A stretch of 35,696 nt of DNA from the NCBI RefSeq assembly GCF_001194135.2, contig NC_068981.1:58740139-58775834 (forward strand), in the 5' to 3' direction. Positions 11,771 through 23,235 of this stretch are shown in pieces. The notes beneath the pieces are model-generated. The model saw nothing but the letters and a program-made list of their open reading frames with translations, did no database searches and was not told the origin of the DNA. Source of the DNA: Octopus bimaculoides (Eukaryota). A program made the position numbers and the translations under genes. Position 1 is the stretch's first letter; each line of letters opens with the position of its first letter.

Positions 11771-12198
11771 AATAAATAATTATTTTTAACAGTATACTTC
11801 TAATCTTTCTTTTAATCATTGAAATCATTTTAGGTTTGATAAACTATCAGTAGATAACAATCCTTATTGCCCACCAATCTTGGTCACATATTGTCAAGTT
11901 ATAACAGAATTTTAATGTGATATATTTGTTTATCAGTTCGAAATTCTGTGTGGATTTAACAAGTCTGTATTATTAGGCCATTCATTAATATAGTCAGTTT
12001 GATGTATGTTTGCATGTGTGAGTGACTGTGCATCTCTACGCTTACAGGTTTACTGATGTCTTTGTTCTTTTATGACACATAATTTCAATATTCAGTATGA
12101 CTAAGTAAAACCCAGAAGGTAATGTGACAGTATGGCTGCAATCCAGTAACTGAATACAGTAAAAGAACCAAAGAATATTTGGTGTATGTGTGTCTTTT

Positions 12199-12530
12199 AT
12201 CTTTTACTTGTTCCAGTCATTTCACAAGGTGATGCTCCAGCACCAACTTCAAGGGTTTTTAGTTGAACAAATCAATCCCAGGGCTTATCAATTTTTAAAG
12301 CCTAGTACTTGTTCTATTGGTATCTTTAGCTGAACCGCTAAGTTATGGGGGACATAAACATACCAACACCAGTTGTCAAGTGGCGATGGGGTGGACATAG
12401 ACACACACATAGATATACATACATACGTACACACACATATATATGATATGCTTCTTTCAGTTTCTATCTATCAAATCCACTCACAAGGCTATAGTAGAAG
12501 ACACTTGCCCAAAGTGCCATGTTGTGGGAT
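12199..12530 (-). mobile_element. tRNA-derived SINE family A (with internal deletion)
   Basis: Reverse complement of the family A body, from the cttttacttgtt tail to cacttgcccaaagtgcc. Confidence 0.85.
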
Positions 12531-13811
12531 CATTTCCACTTGAGAAGAGGATATCTCTCAAGATTCAATAATTCTCTAAAGTTGACATGCCACAGAGGAG
12601 AAAGACTTGCTTATTTTATGGAGATAAGTTTTAGTGGAAGTAACGGTTATAAAACAAGAATTTTGACACCTCAAGAAATAAACGGAAAATGAATATTTCT
12701 GTGTTATTAAAAGACTAAAATATTTCTCCATGATGTAACTGCCTTAGTTTAAATACATGATTTCAGATAGTTATTTACCAAACAACTACTACTCTATCAC
12801 AACGATTGATTGAGAGACCAATCTACCCACCCCACTTTACATATATATTGCTGTATTGACCTGGCTATCAGATATTGTCATACACCATGGGTCATAATGC
12901 GTTTCCTTGTCACTCTGCTGGCTCTACACACACTGTAATAAGAAACACAGAAAATGTAACTGGTATATTAAAACTTCATATAACATTGTCACACAAGTTG
13001 GTATATATGTTATAATAAAGCTTAAAAATATCAATTACATTTTCTGTATGTCTTATTACTTATAAGTTGGTTTGAACTCTGCACAATATCCAACCCATAC
13101 TCCAAGTGGAATACAGGATCAGTGTGGAATTGCTTATTTGAGCCCAAATCCTTTGGAAACGTGTATTGCTTTTCAGCATACTTTATAAGGATTCTCAAAC
13201 CTATCACTGTTTTTTGCTGGGTCCCAAAAAACCTGTTTCCTGGTAATAGCTGGTAGGATTTGAACTCAGAACACATGGAGCTAAAATAGATATGGCAAGG
13301 CATCGTCGATGTTCCAACATTCGGCCAATTCCCTGCCTTGGACTGATACTTTGTTATCAAACCTGAAGGATTATAACATTGAAAAAGATTATAATCCAGT
13401 AGAATTTCTCATGTTTTCAATCATCCCCAAGATAGCAAAGGGATCAATTAGTTCAGTTTTTCTCCCTACTTTCCCCAACTTTGAAACAAATAAGAATAGT
13501 ACCATTCTCAGAAAAGAGAAGTCAAAGCATAAGCTGAAAATCAAAACAGAAATGAGCAGCAAGGAATATCATTCTTATTTTGATTGAAAGTATTATGAAT
13601 AGTCTGAGTGAATGATGAGATGATCCATTCTGAACAAATTTTTCTGTTTCCCATGTCTGTTAGTTTGTCAGTATAAGAACACATTTTCTCAGCTTTGAAG
13701 TGATATTGAAAACGAATATCACTTTGAAGTGATATTCAAAACGAAACCAATTAATTGTATAGGTGTTACAAGTGAAGGAGTAATTAAGCCAATGATTTAA
13801 AAAAAAAAACA

Positions 13812-14135
13812 GCATTTGTTGCTGTTATGTTTGGTGAGACTACAAACCTTCAAATGAAATCTTAACAGTCACACGTTTTGCGATTTGTTGATGAAAAGGA
13901 AAGGCTTCAAGAAAGGTTTAGAGGATAATTCGATGTTACTAAAGACAGAAGAGCTGCATCGCTGACAGAGGTTGTACATTGTTATACACATTCACTTAAT
14001 TCGGTACTCCCTCAATCAGCTTCAAGAGTTTGTGACTGTCGAATTTTCTTCCTAACCTTAAAGAGAATTTCGACGTTTTTCTCAAAATTAACAACGTGAA
14101 TAGCCCATACTGGATGAAATTGTTGGAAGGTGATT
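13812..14135 (+). pseudogene. hAT (ZMYM1-like) transposase relic
   Basis: AFVAVMFGETTNLQMKS / VLRFVDEKERLQERFRG*FDVTKDRRAASL / HCYTHSLNSVLPQSASRVCDCRIFF: decayed DETTD, ERFLGF and CxxH (HCxAH) hAT motifs with an internal deletion. Confidence 0.7.
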
Positions 14136-14373
14136 TTCAGAGTTATTTGTACATTGCTCGTGTTTTACTAACTACTTCAAAACGATGTATCGTAAGGGAG
14201 AGGTGGAAACTATTTTCATTTTGAGACTCCTCATATTTCAAGGCATATACACTTTTCACAGAAAACGGGAGTGGGTGAAACACTCGGAAATCACCCCTGC
14301 TAACCTCAGTGGGGGGGGGGGGGGGGTGACTGCATGCCCTAGTTTCCTAGTTATCCTTCGCCACCACTGATAA

Positions 14374-14570
14374 TATGTGCGTGTGTGTTTGTCCCTCCGC
14401 CTTTGCTCGACGACCGATGCTGGTGTTTATGTCTCCGTAACTTTCGGTGAGACTGATAGAATAAGTACTAGGCTTACAAAGAATAAGTCCTGGGATCGAT
14501 TTGTTCGACTAAAACCCTTCAAGGCGGTGCTCCAGCATGGCCGCAGTCGAATGACTGAAACAAAAGAATC
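14374..14570 (+). mobile_element. SINE family A, 3' half
   Basis: gtgtgtttgtccc...cgaccgatgctggtgtt...aagtactaggcttacaaagaataagtcc...gcggtgctccagcatggccgcagtc...actgaaacaaaaga. Confidence 0.85.
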
Positions 14571-15881
14571 TATCTAGACACACAAAGTAGCGTAGCGTTT
14601 TGTGGGATCACAGGGGCAGTACTCTGGATACAAATTTTAATATATATACAAAATAGCGGACCCTCCCTACAATACTTCGCCACTAGCTCTAGCAACCCAC
14701 GCGACAGCTAGCTCGGGTTGAGTAATTTCTAATTTCTCGTTATTTTCTCCCTACCTGTTAGAAATCATTACATTACAAATATTGCATCTTCATTTTGCAC
14801 AGTTGCTTCGTCTTTAGGAGCAAAAATTGGTCAGCATAGTTGTTGGAGTTGAGAGAGTTTGGAACAGTCAGGTGACAGGTACTTTTTTTTTTTTTCAAGA
14901 TTGTAATTGAGATTGCTAATAAAATATCTAATTTTTGGTGTTTAACAATCAAAATTATTTTCATTGTTGGATCCTAAATAAATTTTTTCCTATACTAATA
15001 TCTAATTTGATAGCTTTCAATTTTCAAAAGCTGATTACGAAAATGGGGTAAAATGAGTTATGACTAATTTCAATACTTTCTTCTCTAACTGCATAAATAT
15101 ATCGGGATGAGAGCCACCCCAGCAGATCGTGAAGAAGATATAGAGAATATTTCATGATGAGTTGTTTTTTTTTAATTATTCGAGTTTCGTTAATTTTATA
15201 TGTCATTTTTCCATGATCCTCTTTCATATGACCTTTTAAATTTTTGTTGCATTTGCAATCATTTTGATGTCTAAGAATGGATACTGATGTATACGAGTCT
15301 GTTTTCAAATTTAATTCTGGAGAATTGAAGAGGCAAATTTACCTTATCTTCGCTTACTCATTTTATCCCAGCTAAATTTGTTTTATATACTCAAAGAGAA
15401 CAGTGATAATTTTCTGAAATAGTGTTCCGAAAATGTTATAGTGTTTTTAATGAAGTTAGAGATCATTTGCTTAGCTGATATAGTTTTCGTGAGGTAGTGA
15501 AATATTTTTTTTCTCAGTCAAAGATGCAATAAAAACTATTCATTGTGCCCCACCCCTATAGGCGCGCGCGCACACACAATATATATATATATATAAGGCA
15601 CATAACCATGCTGGGGCAAATATTGTTTTGTTAAGTCGAATTTTATGTAGTTCTTTATGTATGCAAATATAGCTCAGCAAGTGCTAACGCACTCATCACA
15701 CATTTCAAGCGTAGAAAAAAAAAAAAAAATACTATTCACAATATAATACGTGGCTGTTTTATAAATATAAACGATTTATAAAAATTTTAGCCTCGCTGTA
15801 AAATGTAAATATATCTCTATAATCTCTTCGTGGACACCTGATTAATTTTCACGCCTTTAAAAATTTGTCGCTTTTGAATAG

Positions 15882-15945
15882 CTGCCCATCGTACTCTTAT
15901 AATACATCATGGGAAAGAAAGGGAAGAAGTACGAACGTGTGGAGG
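15882..15945 (+). CDS. Candidate first coding exon of an unidentified host gene (MGKKGKKYERVE..., runs into a gap)
   Basis: cttttgaatAG acceptor at 15880-15881, ATG at 15909 in strong context (atcATGg), open frame until the gap. Only 12 codons are visible. Confidence 0.3.
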
Positions 15946-18902
15946 NNNNNNNNNNNNNNNNNNNNNNNNNNNNNNNNNNNNNNNNNNNNNNNNNNNNNNN
16001 NNNNNNNNNNNNNNNNNNNNNNNNNNNNNNNNNNNNNNNNNNNNNNNNNNNNNNNNNNNNNNNNNNNNNNNNNNNNNNNNNNNNNNNNNNNNNNNNNNNN
16101 NNNNNNNNNNNNNNNNNNNNNNNNNNNNNNNNNNNNNNNNNNNNNNNNNNNNNNNNNNNNNNNNNNNNNNNNNNNNNNNNNNNNNNNNNNNNNNNNNNNN
16201 NNNNNNNNNNNNNNNNNNNNNNNNNNNNNNNNNNNNNNNNNNNNNNNNNNNNNNNNNNNNNNNNNNNNNNNNNNNNNNNNNNNNNNNNNNNNNNNNNNNN
16301 NNNNNNNNNNNNNNNNNNNNNNNNNNNNNNNNNNNNNNNNNNNNNNNNNNNNNNNNNNNNNNNNNNNNNNNNNNNNNNNNNNNNNNNNNNNNNNNNNNNN
16401 NNNNNNNNNNNNNNNNNNNATTACTCTTTTTCATAACCAAAAAGGCTTCTATTGCTTTTAAGTGCGTAGTGCCCACAAAATCGACCAAAATCGGTCCTGA
16501 GAGGAGGAAGACAGGAGGGGTTTAAAAAAAAAAGCATTTTTTGGTTACAAAGATGCTCCAGATCCATTACCAAGAACAAGGTGGAAAAAAAATCTGAAAC
16601 CCTCCACCCTCAAAACGGAGAAATTTCAACTTACGTGGGTCACATATTGCTGACGTCCGTCAAATTTTTTTTTTTTCCAGAAAAATAATTTTAGAAATCT
16701 TAGGGGAAAAAAAAAAAAAAAAAGAAACGAGCAAACAAACCACCCTTTCCTTTCTCCTTACAGTTATGGATGGGACTTCGGGTGACATCTATTCCCTAAT
16801 TTCCGTCCACGCACTTGTTTACAACTGACTGAATCTAAAACTAGCTATACCGACATTAACAATCCATGCTACCCTTCCCATTGAGTTTTCTACCATTAAA
16901 AGGATCACGAATACTCGAGATACAACAGATTTTTTTTATTGCGTATAGCAAGAATTATGCTATAAACAACATATGTATAGAGAAACCAAGAATAGTTTAC
17001 AACAAATAGGTTGTTGTTTAGGACTGCATTTTTATAATTATACTGTTTATCTCTATTAATATTTACATTTGTGTTACTTTTGTTGTAAGATAAAGAAATT
17101 ATCACGATTATGATAATGTCATAAATCATTTTTACAAGTCCTCTGGTGTTCGTAAAGTATTTAATATTTATTCCACTTTATTGCGTGCGGATATTTCAGC
17201 AATCTGTGGTTTGTGTTGTCAGCATGAATAGTCACTACTACTGAACTAAAGAAAAATAATGATAGATGTTGGAGAAATTGCTATACTTTCATGTAAACAA
17301 AAAAGTAATATGCATATTTATATGTATTTGTGTGTAAATATGCGTCCCAAAATATTTGTATAGTTTATAATATTAAGAAAATTAACAATGTTTGCATTGC
17401 TGTTGTCTCTATAGAAAGTAAAATAATATTTCATATGGAAATATCTTAATTTTCTCTCTTAAAACAAAAGTCAAACTGAATATCTGTATAATAAACAATT
17501 ACTATTTAGATGATTATTAATGGTAACTAAGGTCTCACTTACTATGTTGGTAGCGGACTTGGAGTTTGCACAAACGAAGAGACTTATTTAAAATCTTTTC
17601 AAGCTTCATGTTAGATGTATATAATGTATTGGCAGGCGATACGGGCTTTTATAAGCTCGTCTCGTTTTCAAATTCGTATGGAAGGCAGATTGAATAATTC
17701 GTAGTAATCTTTTAAAGCTCAATTATCATTATCTGTCATGAAGTGAAGGAAAGAAAAAGGAGTAATCAGATGCAGAGCAAAATCTCAGACCACGTGAGCT
17801 TGTTTATGTAAAGAAGTTGCCTATGTAGATTCCATATCTAGTATTCGTTGTTCTTTAACCCCAGGTCGACTGTGACCGAACAAACTTATGATCAAAAAGT
17901 GTTCCAGCAATGACCATCCTTGTTTTCCATATATAGTACCTGTCTGAAACTTCATTGTATAATGTGTCTTTCCGTTTTCAAGATGATTTGATCAAGATTT
18001 AGTTGCTATTTCTAGCAGATCAAGCGATCGCACAGTGGTTAACTCGGTTGCTTCTGTAAATAATGAAACATGTTGATGTGTCTTAATGTGTGTGTGTGTG
18101 TGTGTGTTTCTGTGCGCGCACACACACGCACGCGCACACACGCACGCGCTCACACATATACACGCACGCACGTCGCACACGCACACACACGCGCACAAAC
18201 ACACACACACACACACAGACAGAGGGATGGCCTCTTTTTTTTATGGATTATGGGGCGTGTCTCTAAAGGTGAGTTTATCACCTCGACGTAGTCGCTAGAA
18301 GTAATAACTAAATCTCTCAAAATCTTACCATTTTTGAAAAGAAAACGACATTGGATATAATTTTGAATGCAGAGCTATCAGAAAGCATAGACACACTGGG
18401 CAGTTGCCCTGGGGGCCTACAGGTCTAGTGGACCAATGCCAATCTATATATACTGTGGTTGTGTATAGGGAGTGCCAGTGCTTTATCTAGGGGCCAAGGA
18501 AGATGCCATTAAAAAATAAAAATAAATGGAATGGTCTTGATGAGAACGCTTTTGATATAAGTCTCTTAAATTAGGATTGACCAGAGGTTAAACAACAGCT
18601 TAAATGATTATAAAAGAATGATCTGAAAATTTCAAACGTGAAATTCTGGAGTCACATTTGAAAACTGTGTAGTTACAATAGAATATACTCCAAGCAAGCT
18701 GATCTCGATACATCAACCGAAATTACGCAGAGAAGTTATTCCGACGGATTGGATTAAATCGTTTCAGCTCATATCAACATGTTATGCTGTATTTCCTTAA
18801 CATCTCGTTATTTTCTGAGTTCGATTTCTGCTGATGTCGGTTGCATAATGAAATACGTTGTCCCTACAGGTCATCAAGTATTGGAGTCTACCTATGTGAG
18901 AA

Positions 18903-18935
<33 letters not shown>

Positions 18936-18936
<1 letters not shown>

Positions 18937-19134
18937 GAAAAGGAGCTGAAAAGTTCCTGGCTTTAATTGCGTTGCGAAAGACCTGGTTGGAGGCCCAATT
19001 TTCCGAGTTTTTTTACAGGACCGATAGAGTAAGTGTGTGAATCTGAGAGGGGAATATGTTAAATAAAATCATAATTAACTGATCCTCCTGTGTTTTCTTT
19101 TACTCAAAGCCAGGAACTTTTCAGCAACCACTCG
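18936..19134. mobile_element. mariner-type MITE
   Basis: TIR core gctgaaaagttcctggcttt / aaagccaggaacttttcagc is a perfect 20-bp inverted repeat; right end ...ctcg followed by TA. Confidence 0.8.
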
Positions 19135-19142
19135 TATGCCCG

Positions 19143-19183
<41 letters not shown>

Positions 19184-19293
19184 TCTAACGGATTTTGTGT
19201 GTTATTTTAAATGGCTTATAAACACCTTCCACGCTGCAATTGTATATATATATATATATATTGGCTAAACTGGCAATATGACCATCCCCAAGT

Positions 19294-19324
<31 letters not shown>

Positions 19325-19954
19325 GTTTTCATATTTTTGTAATATGACCTATTTTTGTAGCTTTTTTGTTGTTTATTACAGATGTGATATGGTTTCACTT
19401 CTGTACTTTTATTTAGCTTGTTATTCCTCTTATGCAAGCAGTGAATTTCTCCCGTTTTAGACATTTTGTTAATTCTACTACATTTTTCAGCACACAAGCT
19501 CATCTGAAATAGACTTGTAAATGTTGTTCTCAACTTTCTCCAGTTGTAAAGAAAATTTGACTCGAGGATGCAAGAGATTGGTATGTGTATTAATCACAGG
19601 GTACAATTTCGAGTACTATGTACTTGCTGTTTGTTTTTCTTAAGTATATTGTAAACAACATAACTTTGGCATAAAGTGTGCAGTAAGTTGTAAACAACGA
19701 ATAATTTTAGCATAGAACGTGGGAGAGTGTTTTCGGTAATTTTAGTTGGCTTAGTCACATAATCAGTTCATCAAATGTTGCAAGATGTAAATAAGTAATT
19801 GAATATAAATGCATGTTAGCCAGAATTATTTACATAAGGATTATATTAAATAAATTTTAACGAAGTACCTGAGGCAGGAGAGGTATTTCTATTGTTGGGA
19901 CAAGTGGAAACTGATGTTTCGGAGCTGATCCTTTGGATGAGAGAAACTTTTTTT

Positions 19955-20659
19955 GGTCAAACTAAAGCGTTTGACCAGAGCTCAAAAACGAAAAAAAATT
20001 AGTGTAATAGGTGTAAAACAACTTGCTGGGAACGAATATGAAAATATGGGTGGGGAGAGGGCTCGGAACATTCACATCGTGAATATTCCGAGTCCTCTCC
20101 TCACCCCCCTTTCGTGAGCGTGCGTTTTTTTTTTCATATTCGTTCACAGCAAGTTGTTTTACACCTATTACACTATTTTTTTTTTCGATTTTGAGTTCGG
20201 GTCAAACACTATAGTTTAGAGGCCATGAACTGNNNNNNNNNNNNNNNNNNNNNNNNNNNNNNNNNNNNNNNNNNNNNNNNNNNNNNNNNNNNNNNNNNNN
20301 NNNNNNNNNNNNNNNNNNNNNNNNNNNNNNNNNNNNNNNNNNNNNNNNNNNNNNNNNNNNNNNNNNNNNNNNNNNNNNNNNNNNNNNNNNNNNNNNNNNN
20401 NNNNNNNNNNNNNNAGAGCTCAAAAACGAAAAAAAATTAGTGTAATAGGTGTAAAACAACTTGCTGGGAACGAATATGAAAATATGGGTGGGGAGAGGGC
20501 TCGGAACATTCACATCGTGAATATTCCGAGTCCTCTCCTCACCCCCCTTTCGTGAGCGTGCGTTTTTTTTTTCATATTCGTTCTCAGCAAGTTGTTTTAC
20601 CCCTATTACACTAATTTTTTTTTCGTTTTTGATCTCGGGTCAAACGCTTTAGTTTGACC
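19955..20659. mobile_element. Palindromic GG-terminated MITE (Merlin- or MULE-like), present twice across a gap
   Basis: ggtcaaactaaagcgtttgacc...ggtcaaacgctttagtttgacc; arms pair nearly throughout; 8-bp flanks cttttttt at 19947-19954 and 20660-20667. Confidence 0.7.
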
Positions 20660-20990
20660 CTTTTTTTTATCAGCAAAACGAATGAAAGTAAGAAAGGAAG
20701 GAAGGAGAAAAATGCTGTGAAATCATTTTTGTCTGTACCGAAGGATCGATCTTGTAACGTTAGACTCAACTTGTCGTTGGGGCCTTACTGACACCGAACA
20801 TTTGGTTGTTTCAACATGGTTCAGATAATTCTGTTAAAATTTTACGCTTAGAATCTAATCTTAGCTACCATATATAATATCTACATTAGACTCTTTGGCG
20901 ATCTTTATACTTTAATCGTGTTGAGTACTCGTTTTTTTTACCTAACAAGAACCCCAAAAAGAAAGGAAATATATATATAGGCACTGGGGC

Positions 20991-21359
20991 CTTAGCGTGT
21001 GGCTGAGAAGTTCGATTCGCAACCACGTGGATTCAGGTTCAGTCCCACTGTGCGGCACATTGAGCACGTGCCTTCTACTATTGCCCTGGGTGGACCCATT
21101 GGATGTGGTGAACGGAAACTGTGTGGAAATTGTTGTGGAAGCCCTATGCGTTTTGTTTGTTTGTGTGTGTAATGGTATTTGTTTTTCATTACTTGCAAAA
21201 CGGTTTTGGTTTGTTTATGTCCCTGTAACTTAACGGTTCGGTATACAGACTTATAAACAAAGCACTAAGGTCGATGTGATAGACTAAACCCTGCGAAACG
21301 GTGTCACAGCAGGGCCGCAGTCTAACCACTGAAACAAGTAACAGAATAATAAAAGAATA
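20991..21359 (+). mobile_element. tRNA-derived SINE family A
   Basis: Head tgtggctgagaagttcg...ggttcagtcccactg, core and 3' tail aacaagtaacagaataataaaagaa. Confidence 0.8.
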
Positions 21360-21367
21360 TAGACTAA

Positions 21368-22052
21368 GGATCTTTTTTAAAACGGGGGCCACATTTTTCA
21401 TTAATGTTTTACGTAGTGCTTTTGGTACCGAAAGACTTTCAAACTTCGTATACTTATCTATTTTGTGTTATAGAACAGAAAAATATTTTTGTATTCGAAT
21501 TTATTTCATGTAAAAAATTGTCTTATTTCGATAATTTCAACCAATCACTGACGTCCATTCAGCCGATATACATTAAGTGCNNNNNNNNNNNNNNNNNNNN
21601 NNNNNNNNNNNNNNNNNNNNNNNNNNNNNNNNNNNNNNNNNNNNNNNNNNNNNNNNNNNNNNNNNNNNNNNNNNNNNNNNNNNNNNNNNNNNNNNNNNNN
21701 NNNNNNNNNNNNNNNNNNNNNNNNNNNNNNNNNNNNNNNNNNNNNNNNNNNNNNNNNNNNNNNNNNNNNNNNNNNNNNNNNNNNNNNNNNNNNNNNNNNN
21801 NNNNNNNNNNNNNNNNNNNNNNNNNNNNNNNNNNNNNNNNNNNNNNNNNNNNNNNNNNNNNNNNNNNNNNNNNNNNNNNNNNNNNNNNNNNNNNNNNNNN
21901 NNNNNNNNNNNNNNNNNAATAATTTATGGATTTCTTTTTTTTTTTAAGAAGACTAATAGAAAAAGATGTTTTATATGACACATTCTACCAGTGATCCAAG
22001 TTTCAAAGTGTTTCGTTAATGAAAAATGTGGCCCCCGTTTTAAAAAAGATCC
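21368..22052. mobile_element. Fold-back MITE with GGATC termini and 8-bp TSD (Merlin- or MULE-like), copy 1
   Basis: ggatcttttttaaaacgggggccacatttttcattaa and its reverse complement at 22017-22052; identical flanks tagactaa at 21360-21367 and 22053-22060. Confidence 0.85.
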
Positions 22053-22262
22053 TAGACTAATCAAAACAATTAAAAACCCACGGCTTTTTTTTGGGGGGGA
22101 AACCGTAAATTGACAGCAACTTTCTTCCTGCATTATTTTTAGTTATCAACCAAATTCATGTTTTTCCACCATCTTCCACACTGTCATTCTTTGATGTTGC
22201 TTCCTCATTTCTTGAACAAGGCTGGGTGAAGGTAACTGCAACTCAGGCAATTGCCCAGGGCG

Positions 22263-22384
22263 TCATTTTTTCAGTTGCTCAGGATAATTAATAACAGCCT
22301 TTATATTAACATTAGCAACTTCACCAGTCAATTTCATGTTGTGCAAATTCAAGTTATTCTAAAAGCTTTCAAACCAGCCTTTAC
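22263..22384 (-). mobile_element. Inverted copy of part of the Tigger transposase at 24277-24398
   Basis: 122 bp reverse-complement match with about 5 differences by eye. Confidence 0.85.
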
Positions 22385-22958
22385 TGGATTGGTGGCAAAG
22401 GTGACGCCAATTTAGGTGGAAAAAAATGAAAAATGAAAATAAATTTAATAAACACTTTATCTGAAGGTTTTACTCACTGTTAAAAAAGTACTTGCAAATG
22501 CACCGAAATTCAGTTTGCTCAGGATGTTAACGAACCTGGGGTTGTTCCTGTTTCAGAGGTTCGTCCATAGAACATAATGTTTGTTTGAAGTAGAGTATTA
22601 AGGTGTCCTGTTATATGAAAGAAGTACTTATAGAGGTACTGAGGTTCATCCTCCAGTTGTCATGTCTTTGAGGTACCGCTGGCTCAAAGGTGCGTGCATT
22701 GCAGAGGTGTCTGAATAGTTCGCAACTTCACGAGTACATGGAAGCGGAGATCGTGTGTGTGTGTGCGTGCGCGCGCAGTATTAAACTGGATATTAAACCT
22801 GATATTTTAAAAAAGGCTTGATGCAGGAGAAAAAAATGTGCCACATTGTCAAAGCATTAAAACTTGTAATATTAATATATGAATATTAAGTAACAGCATG
22901 GAGAAAATTAAGTGTTCAAGAAGTACCCTTTTACTCTTTTACTTGTTTCAGTCATTTG

Positions 22959-23235
22959 GGATCTTTTTTAAAACGGGGGCCACATTTTTCATTAACGAAA
23001 CACTTTGAAACTTGGAACACTGGTAGAATGTGTCATATAAAACATCTTTTTCTCTTAGTCTTCTTTAAAAAAAAAGAAATCCATAAATTATTCCATGTTA
23101 AAGTTGTCGTATTTCTGTAATTTCAACCAATCACTGACGTCCATTCAGCCGATATACATTAAGTGCCGACTACATAAACAAACGATTCTGAAACAATTAA
23201 TCCTAACCCTAACTCTAACCCTAACCCTAACCCTA
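22959..23235. mobile_element. Fold-back GGATC MITE, copy 2 (opposite orientation, truncated by gap)
   Basis: 22959-23095 is the reverse complement of 21919-22052, and 23118-23166 matches 21532-21580. Confidence 0.85.
23202..23235 (+). repeat. Interstitial (CCCTAA)n telomere-like repeat
   Basis: cctaa ccctaa ctctaa ccctaa ccctaa cccta, running into the gap. Confidence 0.85.

Noticed and set aside
13031-13587. ORFs of 109 aa (minus) and 92 aa (plus) as genes
   Set aside because: They overlap a SINE-like remnant (about 13250-13370), have no recognisable domain and have ambiguous splice signals.
19977-20650. Apparent tandem duplication of the palindromic MITE
   Set aside because: The second copy starts exactly at a gap edge with an identical left arm, so an overlapping-contig artefact is at least as likely as a real dimer.
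23202-23235. True chromosome end (telomere)
   Set aside because: The tract is short, lies inside a MITE arm, and SINE sequence resumes after the gap, so it is interstitial.
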